A DNA stretch of 64,000 bases from the NCBI GenBank assembly GCA_024137785.1, contig JAHRHZ010000140.1, positions 19,524,760 through 19,588,759 of the forward strand, given 5' to 3'. Source of the stretch: Ginglymostoma cirratum (taxonomy: Eukaryota). A program made the position numbers and the translations under genes. Below, piece by piece: positions 1 to 12,649 of the stretch (positions are counted from its first letter, which is position 1; each line of letters starts with the position of its first letter). Below the pieces are notes generated by a model. That model was given only the letters and a program-made list of their open reading frames with translations. It was not told the origin of the DNA and searched no databases.

Positions 1-519
1 AAACAAACCCTTTGGTCCAACCAGTTCATACCGAATATAATCCCAAACTAAACTCGTCCCACCCGTCTGCTCCTGGCCCATATCCCTCCAAAACTTCCCT
101 ATTCATGTACTCATCTAAATGTCTCTTAAACATGGTATTTTTACCCATATCCACCATTTCCCCAGGAAATTTATTCCACACATGAACCACCCTCTGTGTG
201 AAAAATTGCCCCTCAAGGCTTTTTTAAATGTCTCTCCTGTCACCTTTAAAAAATGTGCACCCAAGTCTTGAAATCCTCCATCCTAGGAAAAAGACAATTA
301 CCGTTATCTCGATACTCCTGATTATCTAATGAACTTCTATCAGGTTGCCTCTCAACCTCCTGCTTCCAGTGAAAAACGTCCCAAACTATCCAGCCTTTCT
401 TTATAACTCGAACCTTCCATACCCAGCAATATCCTGGTAAATCTCTTCTGAACTCTTTCCGACTTATTAATATCCTTCCTATAACTGAGCAACCAGAACT
501 GGACACAGTATCCCAGAAG
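1..519 (-). mobile_element. CR1 (HER1-type) LINE 3' fragment
   Basis: Minus ORF 352..576 contains YCVQFWLLSYRKDINKSERVQKRFTRIL..YKERLDSLGRFSLE, typical of the CR1 ORF2 C-terminus, followed by CR1 3' UTR. Confidence 0.9.
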
Positions 520-1372
520 ATGTTCAGTGAGGTGGTCACACTGCAGGCAGAAGGGGCAAGGGTGATGACAAGGCAAAGGAGAGGAAGACTAATCAGGCAA
601 GAGTCCTTTCTGGCCACACTTTTCTAATAGATTAAGTGATTTGGATACTCTTGCGGGAGGTGACTGTGCAGTGAAAAGCAGTGACTCCAACCTTCATGGT
701 ACCATTGGTGGCTCTGCTGCACAAGAGGGGAGGAAGAAGAACAGCAGGGCCATAGTTGTAAATGATTCAATTATAAGGGGAACAGACAATAATTTCTGTG
801 GCTGCAAAAGAGACTCCAGGATGGTGTGTTGCCTTCGTTGTGCCAGGCTGAGGGATATCACTGATCAGCTGCAGGACATTCTGAAGGGGGAGGACAAACA
901 GACAGAGATCATCGTACATGTTGCTATCAATGACACAGGCAGAGAAAATGATGAGGTCCTGTGAGCAGAATTTGGGGAGCTCGGAAGTAAATTAAAGGAC
1001 GGGACATAAAAGATCGTAATCTCTGGATTACTTTTGGTGCCACATTTGAGTATAAAAATAGAAGTTAGTTGAGATTAATGTGTGGCTGGACAAATGTACA
1101 GGAGGGCAGGCTTTAGATGGTGGGGACATTGAGACTGTATTGAGTGTCGTAGGACATGTGCAAGGTGGACAGTTGCACCTGAACTGGAAGGGGACCAGCA
1201 TCTTTGCAGGGGCATTTGCTAGTGCTATTAGGGAGGCTTTAAACTAACTTTACAGGGGTTGGGATCCAGAGAGAAAATTCAGCAGGGGGAGATGAACAGC
1301 CACAATTAGAATAGACAGCAAGGCAGTCAAGAAGGCGTAGAAACTATTGGTTAGTTAAGGCACAAGGGAATA
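520..1372 (+). mobile_element. CR1 LINE ORF1 (SGNH esterase) fragment, decayed
   Basis: ORF 641..964 has AIVVNDSIIRGTD, RMVCCL..A and IIVHVAIND (GDS/GxND esterase motifs). Homologous to 40000-40730. Confidence 0.85.
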
Positions 1373-1374
1373 AA

Positions 1375-1503
1375 CAAAATAACTAGAGAAGCTGAAGACC
1401 TGAAACAACAGCAGAAGTTGCTGGCAAAACTCAGCAGATCTGACAACATCTGTGGAGAGAAAACAGAGTTAATGTTTTGACTCAAGTTATCCTTCTTCAG
1501 AAA
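1375..1503 (-). repeat. Penelope-type terminal repeat fragment with degenerate hammerhead core
   Basis: Minus strand reads CTGAAGAaggataacttgagtcAAAACATTaactctgttttctctccacagatgttgtcagatctgctgag; same family as 36415, 55530 and 59300. Confidence 0.65.
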
Positions 1504-2759
1504 GTCCCAAAAGCTTGCAGTATCAACACCTCTCTCTATTTCTTGTTTCTTTGCTCTGAAAAATTGCCTTCCCCAACTCTCTGTTGAAAAAGAAAAAAAC
1601 TATATCCGGAGTTGCTGAAAGGAGGAATACTGAAGCTCCCAGGAAAAATAAAGACCGCGAGTTCAACTAAGCAACCAATAATTCTTATCGTAGAAAATTC
1701 TAACTGTAGTAGAGATGAAATGGTAATTAGCTTCCAAACCTTGAAAAGCTTTTAAACAAATATGGGACATTAGGAATTCTCATAATGCTTTTTTCCCTTA
1801 ATCAGTTCAGACTTAGTCTAGAAGGTAGCACAGTGCCAGTCGGAAAATAGTTTTGTTAGTATCTTTTCAACAACCTCACTTCTCTGTGTAAACTTTTTGG
1901 CTGGATTTGTAAAGTTAATAAATTATATTTTGTTTTCTTAGCACAGGTAGATGAATAAATACCCAGTAAATAACAAGTACATCAACAAATTTCTGCAAAT
2001 AATTTGAGGATAGGTTCTAATACATGTTCAAATGAATGGTAATTTATAACAAATACAAGCAATTAATTAAAGCTGCAGGAAAGTTGAAAGTACATGGGTA
2101 CTTAATAGCCAGTTACAGATAAAAAGGAATATATGTGCACATAACATGCCTTTAAAAACTTGTTATTGTTTGTCAACAAATGAATTTGGACTGCAACGAA
2201 GATCAAACTAGAGCATCTAAGCAAAAGAAAGTTGCCGAATGTGTAATTCTATAGAAAACAAAAATGCCATGACGTTCTAAATATAATAGGATGCACACAA
2301 ATTGTTCAAATATTTCTGGTACATATATTAGATCTGTGAAAGGTGTTAAGAGTATTTTCTTTGTTATCATACAGCAATGATCTTTGTAATAATCTGTTTT
2401 ACTTGCAGTTCTATCCTGGCAAGAAATTGGCTGACTATTGTAGCTGGAGTCACAGTAGGCAGACAGAAATCCCAGGGCATCTCTGGTATGCAGCAAGATT
2501 AGGATTGTCATCGCCTCCAGAAGTTGCTCAGCAAAAATAAGTTAATACTGATGCTGACTCACGCACAAGTTGAACGAAGTCTGTACCAATTCATTTAGAG
2601 CATTTTTTTAAAAAATTGTGTTCTTCAAAAGATCTTAAAGTAGAATTTAGAACATTCTAAGTTAGAAAATTTGTCCTTTCTTGGTAAGTATAATTCAGCA
2701 GTATTTATTATGGAAGGGTGGAATCTTCTTGTTGTTATTCTTCTAGCTAACATATACAA

Positions 2760-2845
2760 AGATGTTATTACACACCCCTGCAAGAGGTAGGATTTGAACC
2801 TGGGTTCCCTGGTTCAGAGGTAAGGATACTGCCACTGCGCCACAT
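2760..2845 (-). mobile_element. Short tRNA-derived SINE
   Basis: Minus TGTGGCGCAGTGG (A box) and GGTTCAAATCC (B box), then GTGTGTAATAACATC. Related copies at 13415, 21525, 21630 and 26860. Confidence 0.75.
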
Positions 2846-3474
2846 GAACCCCAATTCTCTGCCTGAACGCAGGTCCAACTCACAGTGCTGTGATCTCCCT
2901 GTGGTTAGGGCACTAAGGTAGGCCCTGATTCGTTCCCAACTGAAACAAGAATTGAACATGCTGCTGTTGGTACCAATCTGATTCGAGGTAAAGAGCAACT
3001 CTTACGAGTTGGTGTCGTAACATAAATCTTTACATGTAGGCTGTAACCTGGAGCTCAGTAACATAAGGTTCCAGTTTTCTTTCCATTAGATGACTGATGA
3101 GGCATATCTCCCATTCTTACCACCAGCTACTAGCATGTGTTGAATGATCTAACTGAATGATAGAGTAGATTCGATGGGCCAAATGGCCCTACATCTGTTC
3201 TTGAATCTTATGGTTTTACAGAAAGATTTACAAGTTGATATTCAATCTGTTTAGCTGCCCTATGAATGCACTTTTCTTTGCAATCAACTCCTGGAGTGGG
3301 ACTTCAACCCCAGGCTTCTGACTTAAAGGCAGGGTGCTATCTTCTGGTACATTTCTGATGCAGGCTTCCTTTTGCTTGCTCTAAGGATTAGCATCTCAAT
3401 ATTGATTTTGTAAAATTCAAATAAATGAGACTTATTACTTGCTGATTCTGTATTTTGAGTGATATGGAAATTAA

Positions 3475-3597
3475 AATTGTGCTGATGCCAGTAATCTGAA
3501 ATATTCCGCTCTCTCCTGTCCTTTACCTGGTTCTGTACTTGTTTAAAAAATCAAACGCTTTCCCAGTTTCGATGAAAGGCCACCAACCTGAAACTTT
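3475..3597 (+). repeat. Penelope-type terminal repeat fragment
   Basis: cccagtttCGATGAaaggccaccaacctGAAAC, a degenerate hammerhead core, after a pyrimidine-rich segment. Confidence 0.45.
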
Positions 3598-4012
3598 GGA
3601 ATTTTGGTCCCCACTAAGACTACAATAAGATGTAGATGGATGGTATGATGGCTAACATGCCAAATTTCAGGATCCATTTCACCTGGCCATGCCAGAGACA
3701 GGATCAGAGAATGCCAGGGGCTATGCATCCACACAGGGTACGTACCTAATCAGACTCAATAAGGGAGCCATGAAAGGAAGCTGGCTAAATTGTCTAGGCC
3801 GTGGAGATGAGTTTCGGTATCTGGAAGCTGACCAGATGTGTAATTGCTCCGGCAGTCTTAGAGAATCCCCACTGTCTCGCCTGCCTGCTGGATGCACTAG
3901 CTACTGGCTGCTCCATTTGTAGATCTTCAAGGTATATTTTATCACCTTTTATTCCTTAAATATATTTCCAACCAGCAATGTAAAAGTTTTAGAAAGTGCA
4001 TGCTTTATAAAA

Positions 4013-4915
4013 ACATAGAAACAAGGAACCGGAGTAGGTCATTTGGCCCTTTGATCCTTTTTGATCCTCTATCCCAACGCCATATTCCCACTTTCTCCCC
4101 AAACATCATGATTCCTTTAAGATGTAAAAATGTATCAATCTTTTTTGAATACACTCAGTGATCAAACCTCCACAGCCTCTGTGGTAGTGAATTCCACAGG
4201 TTAACCACCTCTGAGTGAAGAAATATTTCCTTATCTCAATCCAGTATGGCTACCCCATATCCTGAGACTGTGACCCCTGGTTCTACACTCCACAGCCAGG
4301 AAAACATCTTCCCTGCCTTTAGTCTACCAAGCCCTGTTATAATTTTACATGTTTCATAGAGTCATACAGCATGGAAACAGACCATTTGGCGCAACTAGGC
4401 TATGCTGACCATAATCCCAACCTAAACTAGTCCTATCTGCCTACGCTTGGGCCATATTCCTCCAGAATTTCTTATTCATGTACTTATCTAGATGTCTTTT
4501 AAACATTGTAACTGTGGCCACATCCACCACTTCCTACAGAAGTTCATTCCACAGTCAAATCGCTTTCTGTATAACAAAATTGCCCCTCATGTCTTTTTTA
4601 AATTTTTCTCCTTTCATGTTAAAAATATGCCCCCTAGTCTTGAAATCCCCCACCCCAGAGAAAAGAAACTTGCTATTCACCTTATCTATACCAGTCATGA
4701 TTTTTTAGACCTGTGTAAGGTCATCCTTCAACCTCTTGCGCTTCAGTGAACAAATCCCACCCTTCCCAGCCTCTCCTTATAACTCAAACCCTCCGTTCTC
4801 AGCAACATCCTGGTAAATCTCTTCTAACCCTCTTCAGTTTAATAATATTCTTAATTTCAATCAGTTTTAACCAGATTCCCTCCCATCCTTCTAAATTCTT
4901 GTGAATATAAACCCA
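4013..4915 (-). mobile_element. Two nested CR1 3' fragments (younger 4355-4850 inside older 4013-4355/4853-4915)
   Basis: Two CR1 3' termini (catagaaacaaggaac.. and catagagtcatacagcatggaaacag..). The older element resumes at tttcaatcag..agattcccctc after the insertion. Confidence 0.8.
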
Positions 4916-7004
4916 AATTATTGTTGATTACTTACTAAAATACATTTTCCCTATGAATTTACTTAAGTCAATCAAATTTTAATTTTAAAGTGCAATTAAG
5001 ATCTGCCTTGCAATTGAAAAGTGGGTTACATTCTACCATGGAGCACTTGTTGCAAAGGATTTTCTCAAGAGACAAATATGAGTCATGGAAGTAAATCTAA
5101 AGTAAAAAAAATCAACAAACTATGCCTCTTTCAGGAAGCAAACATATCAGTAAGAACACAAAATGTATTTAATTAGTTTTGTACAAAGCCTCTGAAATTA
5201 AAGAACTCTTTGCCTAAGAAACATAATTTATGGTGATAGCAACAGATATTTTGAATTGTGAAAGCAAAGCAAAGTGTATGAGGCATATAACCACTAAAAT
5301 AGTTCTCAGAAAGCTGCTAGGATACTGCTTTATATGTGTTGAAAGGCAGACTAGCAACAAACAATTAATGATCTGCTTCCATAACTGTTTTGGATGCTGG
5401 AGGCAATATCGGGGCAAGATCAGTCAACAACCAGTTTCTTTTAATGTGACTCATAATGTGCTCAGAGTAGTACATTAGTAAAAAGTAATTTCCTGGAAAT
5501 AATTTAAAAACAATGTCATCATCTGTTAGTTGATAAAATGCATTGCATTCTCATTAACAACCATGTTCTTTGATCTAACCAGATAATTTAAAAACTGAGA
5601 GCACTCTTCCGAACACTTGGATTAAATTGATGTATTAGCATTGTGTCAATCAATATAAGTGAAATTACCAAGTCAATGGAGCCCATTTAGTTACATTTCC
5701 TCCAGGTTTTAAGCCTTTTATTACTGCCTCTGTTCACAACTATTTCCAATTCCAAGCATGTAGCAATATAATCCAGAGTACAATTTACCTCAGCTGCAAC
5801 GTAATCCACAGTATGATCTACCTTGCCATTTTCTGATCTGTGGGAATTAAATTTAATATGTTATTCTTTTGGGCATGATGTTACTTAAAGGAGGGTTTCT
5901 TTAATGGGCACTCCTTTTTCTAGGGACCTTCTTAGCAAAAAAAGGGGAGGCACTTCAATTTTAACGACGACTCCGCTTCCTCTACATGGTAGGTGGTAAG
6001 AGGGTGTTGGGGCAGTTAAAATGGAGTGAGGGAGACACTTTCTTCTTTTCCTACCTGGATGACTCAAATTTTAAACCACAGATGGCAGAGATGGTCACCC
6101 AAATTGGCAATGTCCTTCTTAAATATTCAAATCAGGCAACAATAATATAGCCAGGGCCTGATCTAAATCTTTAATCTGAATGGTGGAGGAATAGTGGTTT
6201 TCTTATAATGTATATCGAAACCTGCCAGAAGCATCAGCTGGGCAAGGAAGTGCCAGCAAGGTAATTTTTTGTTTTAAATCTTAGTTACGCCAGGGTGCAG
6301 GAGGAGCAGGTATGCTGGTCTGAGAACCACAGGGAAACCTTGTGTCACCGCTGCCATTCTTTCTATACCCCACCCTATCACCACCGGTAATGAATCCTCT
6401 CATGTGGCCTTCCAATTAACTTGTGTCAAGGACCATTGCTATGGGTCTCTCTTTGGTGGTGAACTATTGTTGCCCAAGTTCTTGTACCCTTCTGCTGGCA
6501 AGGCAGTGATTCCTGTCAGGTTTGGGTGGGAATCTGATCTTGCATATGTAACGGACAGTGGAATTAAAAACACTTGTACAGCAGCTAAACTATTGTTTCA
6601 AAGCCTGGTTGAGGTAGATCTTTCAACTGTCAGAGCCTTCAGTCATTTTAATATTTCAAAAGGAAAGAACTGATGTTTATTCAACCAACATAATTTTTAA
6701 ACATTAGGGCCCTGCAATGCTTTAGGCAGGTAGCAGGGTCATTTGAGACCTCACACAATAGTTAGTTCAGGCCCAAGGGTCCTGTGCTTGAGTTTACGAG
6801 CCATGGGCAGCAGAAGAACCAGTGATCTGACAATGGTGTTGGCAAATGTGCTAGAGCCAAGAGGGTCAATAGTATTTACAAAGAATGCTTAGGGAACAGG
6901 ATTTGTGTTTCCTTTAAGTACACCTGGAAGGAAATAGGAAACATCTGCATGTAGTATGTTTCTCAGTCATGTTACTCTTAGCTCATTCCAAATGGACAAT
7001 AGGA

Positions 7005-7165
7005 GGTTCTTTTTGATTTGATTTATTATTATCACACGTACCAAGATAGAGTGAAAAATGTTGTTTTGCATGCTCTACAGGCAGATTGTGCCATACAAAG
7101 TGCATCAGGAGCAGAACGGAGTGCAGATACAGTGTTACAATTGCAGAGGAGGTGCAGACAGAGAA
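7005..7165 (-). repeat. Non-LTR retrotransposon 3' tail fragment (Rex1/L2-like)
   Basis: Minus strand ends ...GGTACGTGTGATAATAATAAATCAAATCAAA, a poly(A) signal plus short tandem tail; similar fragment at 63645-63790. Confidence 0.45.
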
Positions 7166-8194
7166 ATTAAGAGAAAAATGCTGGAATGTGAAGTGTGGAG
7201 AATTTAAATGGATGATTAAGACCCACCCCTGACTGTCTGTGGCCTGTCCCTGGAGTGATTTTACAGTTCAAACCTAACCAACTGACCTTGACTGATTTTG
7301 CTTGACCTCCAGTACTGACCATGGCCCAATCCCTGGACTTGTTTTTTACCAACTGCGTAACTGGCCATTGCCAAAGTGGACTAGAAATGGCCCAACCCTG
7401 AACAGACTGTCGCCAGTACCCTCTTGCTGCCTGGACTCCACCATCCACCCTCCACCAGCTACCACACCTCCTCTTTATTATTGACTCATTGCCATGTTGT
7501 TCATGCAAATACACTGTGTTTGGCTCATAGATGTTCCATCTGGGATCTTGATGCAGCATCATGCCCTTCAGTCACCTCTACCCCCACCCCTTTCTGCACT
7601 GAAGTGCCATTCGAGACAAATAGACCCTGTCTATTAAAGTGCCACTGTGAAGGAGAAGCTGGTAATTTGTCATTCTCTCGTTGTGAAATGCAATGAGCCA
7701 GGAATATAAACCTGCCTTGCTTCCCATGAATAGACCTGCTGCAGTTTGTTGAGGATACAGCAAAAGATGAAAACATGGAACATTGGGAACATTTCACGAC
7801 AGGCAGCCAAAGTTTTGTACTTACTCAAAAATGAAAAGTCAATGGGTATACTCTTGCTTTATGCAAATTTCTGAAGTGTGAGGTGTCTCAAATCAGTAGA
7901 AGTTAATTGGGAGGGGACGTTCATTCTGGCAAATTGTGTAAACTCAGTCCTCGCTGTCTGTTGGTTCGTTACCCATCGATAAGCATGCTCATAAGGTTGA
8001 CACGAGACCTTATTTTATTTTTTCTCATGGATTTGTTGATCAGATTGCATGATCTTTCACAGTACATGGGAGAGTTACATAGGAGTGGCATCTGCATTTT
8101 TTGTTATGCACTGGAAGCCTATTCCTCCGATGCCCCACTGATAACAAGAGTTTGGTGTAATTTACGATATGCAAATGCATGCAGCTAGATCATT

Positions 8195-8487
8195 AGTCAC
8201 CCTTGAACTCGAGGCCATTTCAGCGAACGCTTAAGCGTCAACCACATTGTCATGGGTCAAAAATCATATGTAGGCTAGACCACGTAAGATTTCCTCCCCT
8301 AAAGGACATTAGTAAGCCAGATGAATTTTTACAATTATAGCTGCATTAGACTAGTTTTTAATTCCAGATTTATTTAATTCAAATTTCACCAATTGACATG
8401 GCAAGATTTAAACTCATACCCCCAGAGTATTAGCCTGGTCTCCAGAGTACTTGTCCAATGACATTACGACTTTGCCATTGCCTCTTC
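8195..8487 (-). mobile_element. tRNA-derived SINE
   Basis: Minus head GAGGCAATGGCAAAGTCGTAATGTCA..GAGTTTAAATCT; body homologous to 21125-21423. Confidence 0.7.
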
Positions 8488-8489
8488 CA

Positions 8490-10413
8490 AATTCCAAAGT
8501 TGAAGATCATTGACCAATTCAATTGTATCATGTGTTGTCTCTTCTGCCACAGTCGGTGTGGCTTGCATATTATGAATCGTGACTACACTGCTGTTAGTGC
8601 ATGTTGGTAGTCTTGTCATTGCTGGATTATTGGTATGTGTGAGGTAGAAGATTTTGGGAAGTTATAGTGAACTTGCACATTAACGCGCTAGTGCTCTTCT
8701 AAGAAATCTACAGAATTGGTCATTCATTATGCGTTGTGAAGCGACCTTTCGTAGGTTTTACCAAGGTGTGTCAGTTCATGAGATACATGGCTTTCAGAAT
8801 GTCTTCTAGTAGTAATATGTTGGCACCTCCTCCCATGTACATTGTACTACCTTTACAGGACATGTGATATTAACATTTGTAAAAGTTGCTGCTTGCCTTA
8901 TACAGGCAACATGGTGCATGAGGTTAACAATACCAAATATCTGGTCACATTCTGAAATTTGACTTTAACTTGTTTGACTCCACAACTTATTGATATGTTT
9001 GCATTTGTGTACCTTCTTGATATTTTCCTTGCTATCAATATTGTTGTGTTGTACTGCCTTGTGTTGTTTTATGGTGTCTGGCTTGGTCTTTGACACTGAA
9101 TTTCCTGCACATGTGTATCCAATGCCCCTTGGTGCCACACACTTTACAGATATTAAAAAAACCTGGGCAGCTTTTGAGTTGACGTGACACGCTGCGTCTG
9201 TTACAGATTTTTGTTAGTTTGATGCACTTTATTGACAGTAGCAATAGCATTGACTGCACCTAAAGCATCTAATTGTTGTTGGCCTGCTATTATGGCTTTC
9301 CTAAAAAAACATTAATTCGGATATAGCAATGACTAACTCAATTACCTCTCTGGCAGTTCCCTTTTGGAAAAGTCCTATTCATGCCCTTTGCTGCACTATC
9401 TTCAGACAAATTGGCCAGTCAACTCTTGAGGGCTGCTATCTGTGTAGCATGAGTTACAGTCTGTCAATCCTGAAATTAGTTCTTAACTTGAGGTTTGAGA
9501 AAATTCAAGATTTTATTTTTTCGGGATCTTTCTGATTATGCATGGAAAGACTAGTTATGTTAATTCTGTGAAGCCGTTTCTTACCATGTCAAGAAAATCT
9601 TGAGTTGTTTTCTCAGGGTCATCTATCACTTGATTGGTAAAATAGAACTGCAAATGTTTTGTGAACAGTTGCAATTCAGTAAAGGTACTATCTATGATTC
9701 TGCCTTAAAAACGTTGGCCTGTATCACTTTAAGCTACATGTCACTGTCTTTGTGCCATTGTAAGTTAAATACTGCTCCTTCCTTAATGAATAAGACATTG
9801 TAGCTGTTGATATGACAGACTGTTACTTACCTATGAACTATCAAATAATGTTCCATTGGCCTTTTCTCCCAGATCAAAAGTAAACTTCACCATTTTTATA
9901 TATTTTTAAATTAAGGCAATCTTAAAAGTTACTGCATTCATTTTCCTTAAAGAAACTTCTATTCTTACCCAAAACAAACTATTTCTCTTTTCTGGGTGAT
10001 TAATGTCCTATCCACAGATCTGTACAGTGAGCTGAACACACACAACTGATGCTGCTTAAAAGTGGGAATCTCTCCCTTTGTCCACACTATCTGCTGTCTA
10101 AATCCTTTGTCCAGTTGATCTTCAATTAGTTTTCCAATTATCTTCCACCAAAGTATTGGAGTATTTTATAGATGACCACTTCTGCCACCATGGTGTGTGC
10201 TTGCAGAATCTGGGCACAGATATCGTGGTATTGAATAATCCAGCAGATATATATTGCAGCTATCTATTAGGTACACATATTACATTCCTCAGGTACAAAA
10301 GTGCTTGGGCCAACACTAAGTTTACAGTGGAAGATCATGCTTCTGGTAGAATGTCATCTTTAAAGTCACCATAAAGTAGATGAAGTATGATACCTTTATA
10401 CCCTCATGTCACA
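8490..10413 (-). mobile_element. Decayed Ty3/Gypsy LTR retrotransposon 5' part (LTR, PBS, gag, protease)
   Basis: Minus ORF 9035..9259 has a CCHC knuckle (SCPGFFNICKVCGTKGHWIHMCR). A protease-like GGANILL..ILKAMY segment lies near 8780-8835. PBS-like TGGTGGCAGAAGTGG at 10176-10190 follows a CA-ending candidate LTR that starts TGTGACA at about 10413. Confidence 0.7.
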
Positions 10414-10893
10414 TGCTGTGATAGAGCAATGATATTATAAAGGTATACCGATATATAGATTGTGAGATGTAACACTACATCATTATTTTTATGAAACACT
10501 GAGTTCCAAAAGGTGTGCTATCTGGGTATGTCAATTCAAGGAGAAGTTCCCTCCTTAGGATGACTTAATTAGGAATGTTCTGGAAGATTTAGATAGTTTG
10601 TATGCAGTTGCATAGGTGACTTGATCCTCTTGCAGTCTTCTTAGCTTTTGTATGAATGACAATATTTCAAAAACATCAAAGACCATTCGGAAGGCTACTC
10701 CATGAACACAGTTCTTTTTGAAGTTATGAATAGAACATGGTTTCACTGGCATACCAGGCAGTGACAACAGGATGTGAATGGGCTGACGTGGAGCCTGACT
10801 CTTCCTTAAGAAATGTTTTTATTCCTCATACCATTCTGTTCCTGGCAGTATTCTCAGATGCAGTTTCATATCAAGAGACAACACATGACAGAA

Positions 10894-12328
10894 GCATTGC
10901 ATTGGCATGAGTATTGTCTGTACAGTTTGTGATTCACATTTCTCACAGATATTCAATTAATTACGTCAATGTATGTTACATTTCTATTTATTTCTAAGAA
11001 ATTCCATGTCAGATAACCTCTTGCCAATAATTTCTATATATGGAAATTGCTCACAGTAGTGCAGTCTGTGTAAAAGTAATTTCCTCTGTCTCTCAGAGCA
11101 TCTTCCTGTTAAATCAAAGGCATAGATCTATTTAAACACAATGCACCCTTTAAATTTAAGTTGCACAGCAGTTTCACTTGCTTTAAATATTTAAGATGAT
11201 ATACAGCTCAGGATGTTGCCCTAGTGTTTACCTCATTAATGCACTTATTTTTCTGACTCCCTAGTGAATCACCATTCTTAACTTAAATGAGCACAAGATG
11301 ATTAATGAGTGATTCATCTGTCTGTATTACATATATTAAAGACTATTGTCCCTTGGTAACATTGACTTAAACAAAACAACAGTATTTCAGAACATAATAA
11401 GGCTGATTTCTGTTCATATATCAGAAAAAAAACTTCTCCAAAAAGTGAGGGTCTGTGAAAAGAAATTGAACTTTTGACCATTTGCATCGCTCTACGCATC
11501 TTTCAAAAAACAGCACAAGTAGTTGAGATGCCAAAGCCTGACACTAATATCCTTTAAAAAAAGCATGATGTGTTACACCCCCGATGGCTTTTGCTAAATC
11601 ATTCAGCCTTCTATGTCTTTGCATCTTCCAGAGATATGTTTGTCTCAAAACTTTTAAAATTTTCAAGTGCCCTTGAGTCGTTGTACAAATTCATTTGGTT
11701 GAGAGTCTGTTAAGCACGTTCCAGCCTCACAAAGAACTACAACATTTATCTCTAAGATATTTGTGACTATTGCTCATAAATATATAAGCAGAGAAAACCT
11801 TGAATCCCATACATTTTATGCCAATGAAGTAATTTTGAAATTCAACCACTGTTGAGATGTCAAGAAATGTAGAATTCCAATGTTTACACAGTAAGATACC
11901 ATAAACAGCAAACAGATACAGTACACAACAATTTTAGGGATGTTGGTTGAGAACTAAATAAGAGGCAGGGTCCTGAGTGTATTCCCCTGTTCTTGTTCCA
12001 AGTAGTACATGAGATCTTTTACATCCAAGTGGATGTTTCTGACAGTTGATCTCATTGGTCACTTGTATTCCCTCACCACACATTTGTTGATCATTGTATC
12101 CCTGCTTGACTCCCACTTCCGGAAGTCACGTGGTTTGAAAAAAGTATATAGCCTTAATAGGTTTGCCAGTTTGTTGAATCTTGTTTCAGATTGCATTAGC
12201 ATGAGTATTGTCTCTACGTATTGTGAATCACATTTCTCACATATATTCATTCAAGTACATCAATACATGTTACATTTCTATTTATTTCTAAGAAATTCCA
12301 TATGTCAGATAACCTCTTACCAATATTG
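10894..12328 (+). repeat. ~135 bp diverged direct repeat (10894-11030 and 12189-12328)
   Basis: Both copies read attgcatt(g/a)gcatgagtattgtct..tcacatttctcaca..atgttacatttctatttatttctaagaaattcca..gtcagataacctctt.ccaata. Confidence 0.9.
11795..12125 (-). mobile_element. DeuSINE (SacSINE1-like), decayed
   Basis: Reverse complement carries Deu-domain text (GGATGTAAAAGATCTCATGTACTACTTGGAACAAGAACAGGGG..CTCAACCAACATC) and an L2-like tail. Confidence 0.7.
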
Positions 12329-12649
12329 GACTATTATCACAAAGCAAATTTGTAATGATGATGCAGACAAATTAATAAGACATATGTTGCAAAATGATGT
12401 TTAAATCTAGTATAATGCAGTACTAGAAACATAGAAGGCTATTCAGCCCATCATGCCCATGCATACTCTCTGTAACAGCAGCTTGGGTAGTCTCACACTT
12501 TGTCCACTCTCTGTAGACTTGCAATTTTTTCCTTCGGTAGCTTACCTAACAGGTCTGCGTAGGACAAAGAAAACTTACAGCGAATGCTATCATACTTCAC
12601 CTGAAATATCCAAGCAATTCAAACTGTCCAAGGGCTCCAGAAACAAATC

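Noticed and set aside
2765-2845. tRNA gene (also 13415 and 34145)
   Set aside because: A and B boxes are present, but there is no intact cloverleaf and the sequence runs into SINE body or tail.
7167-7797. Overlapping 60-130 aa ORFs
   Set aside because: No recognisable domain or splice context; consistent with GC-richer old repeat sequence.
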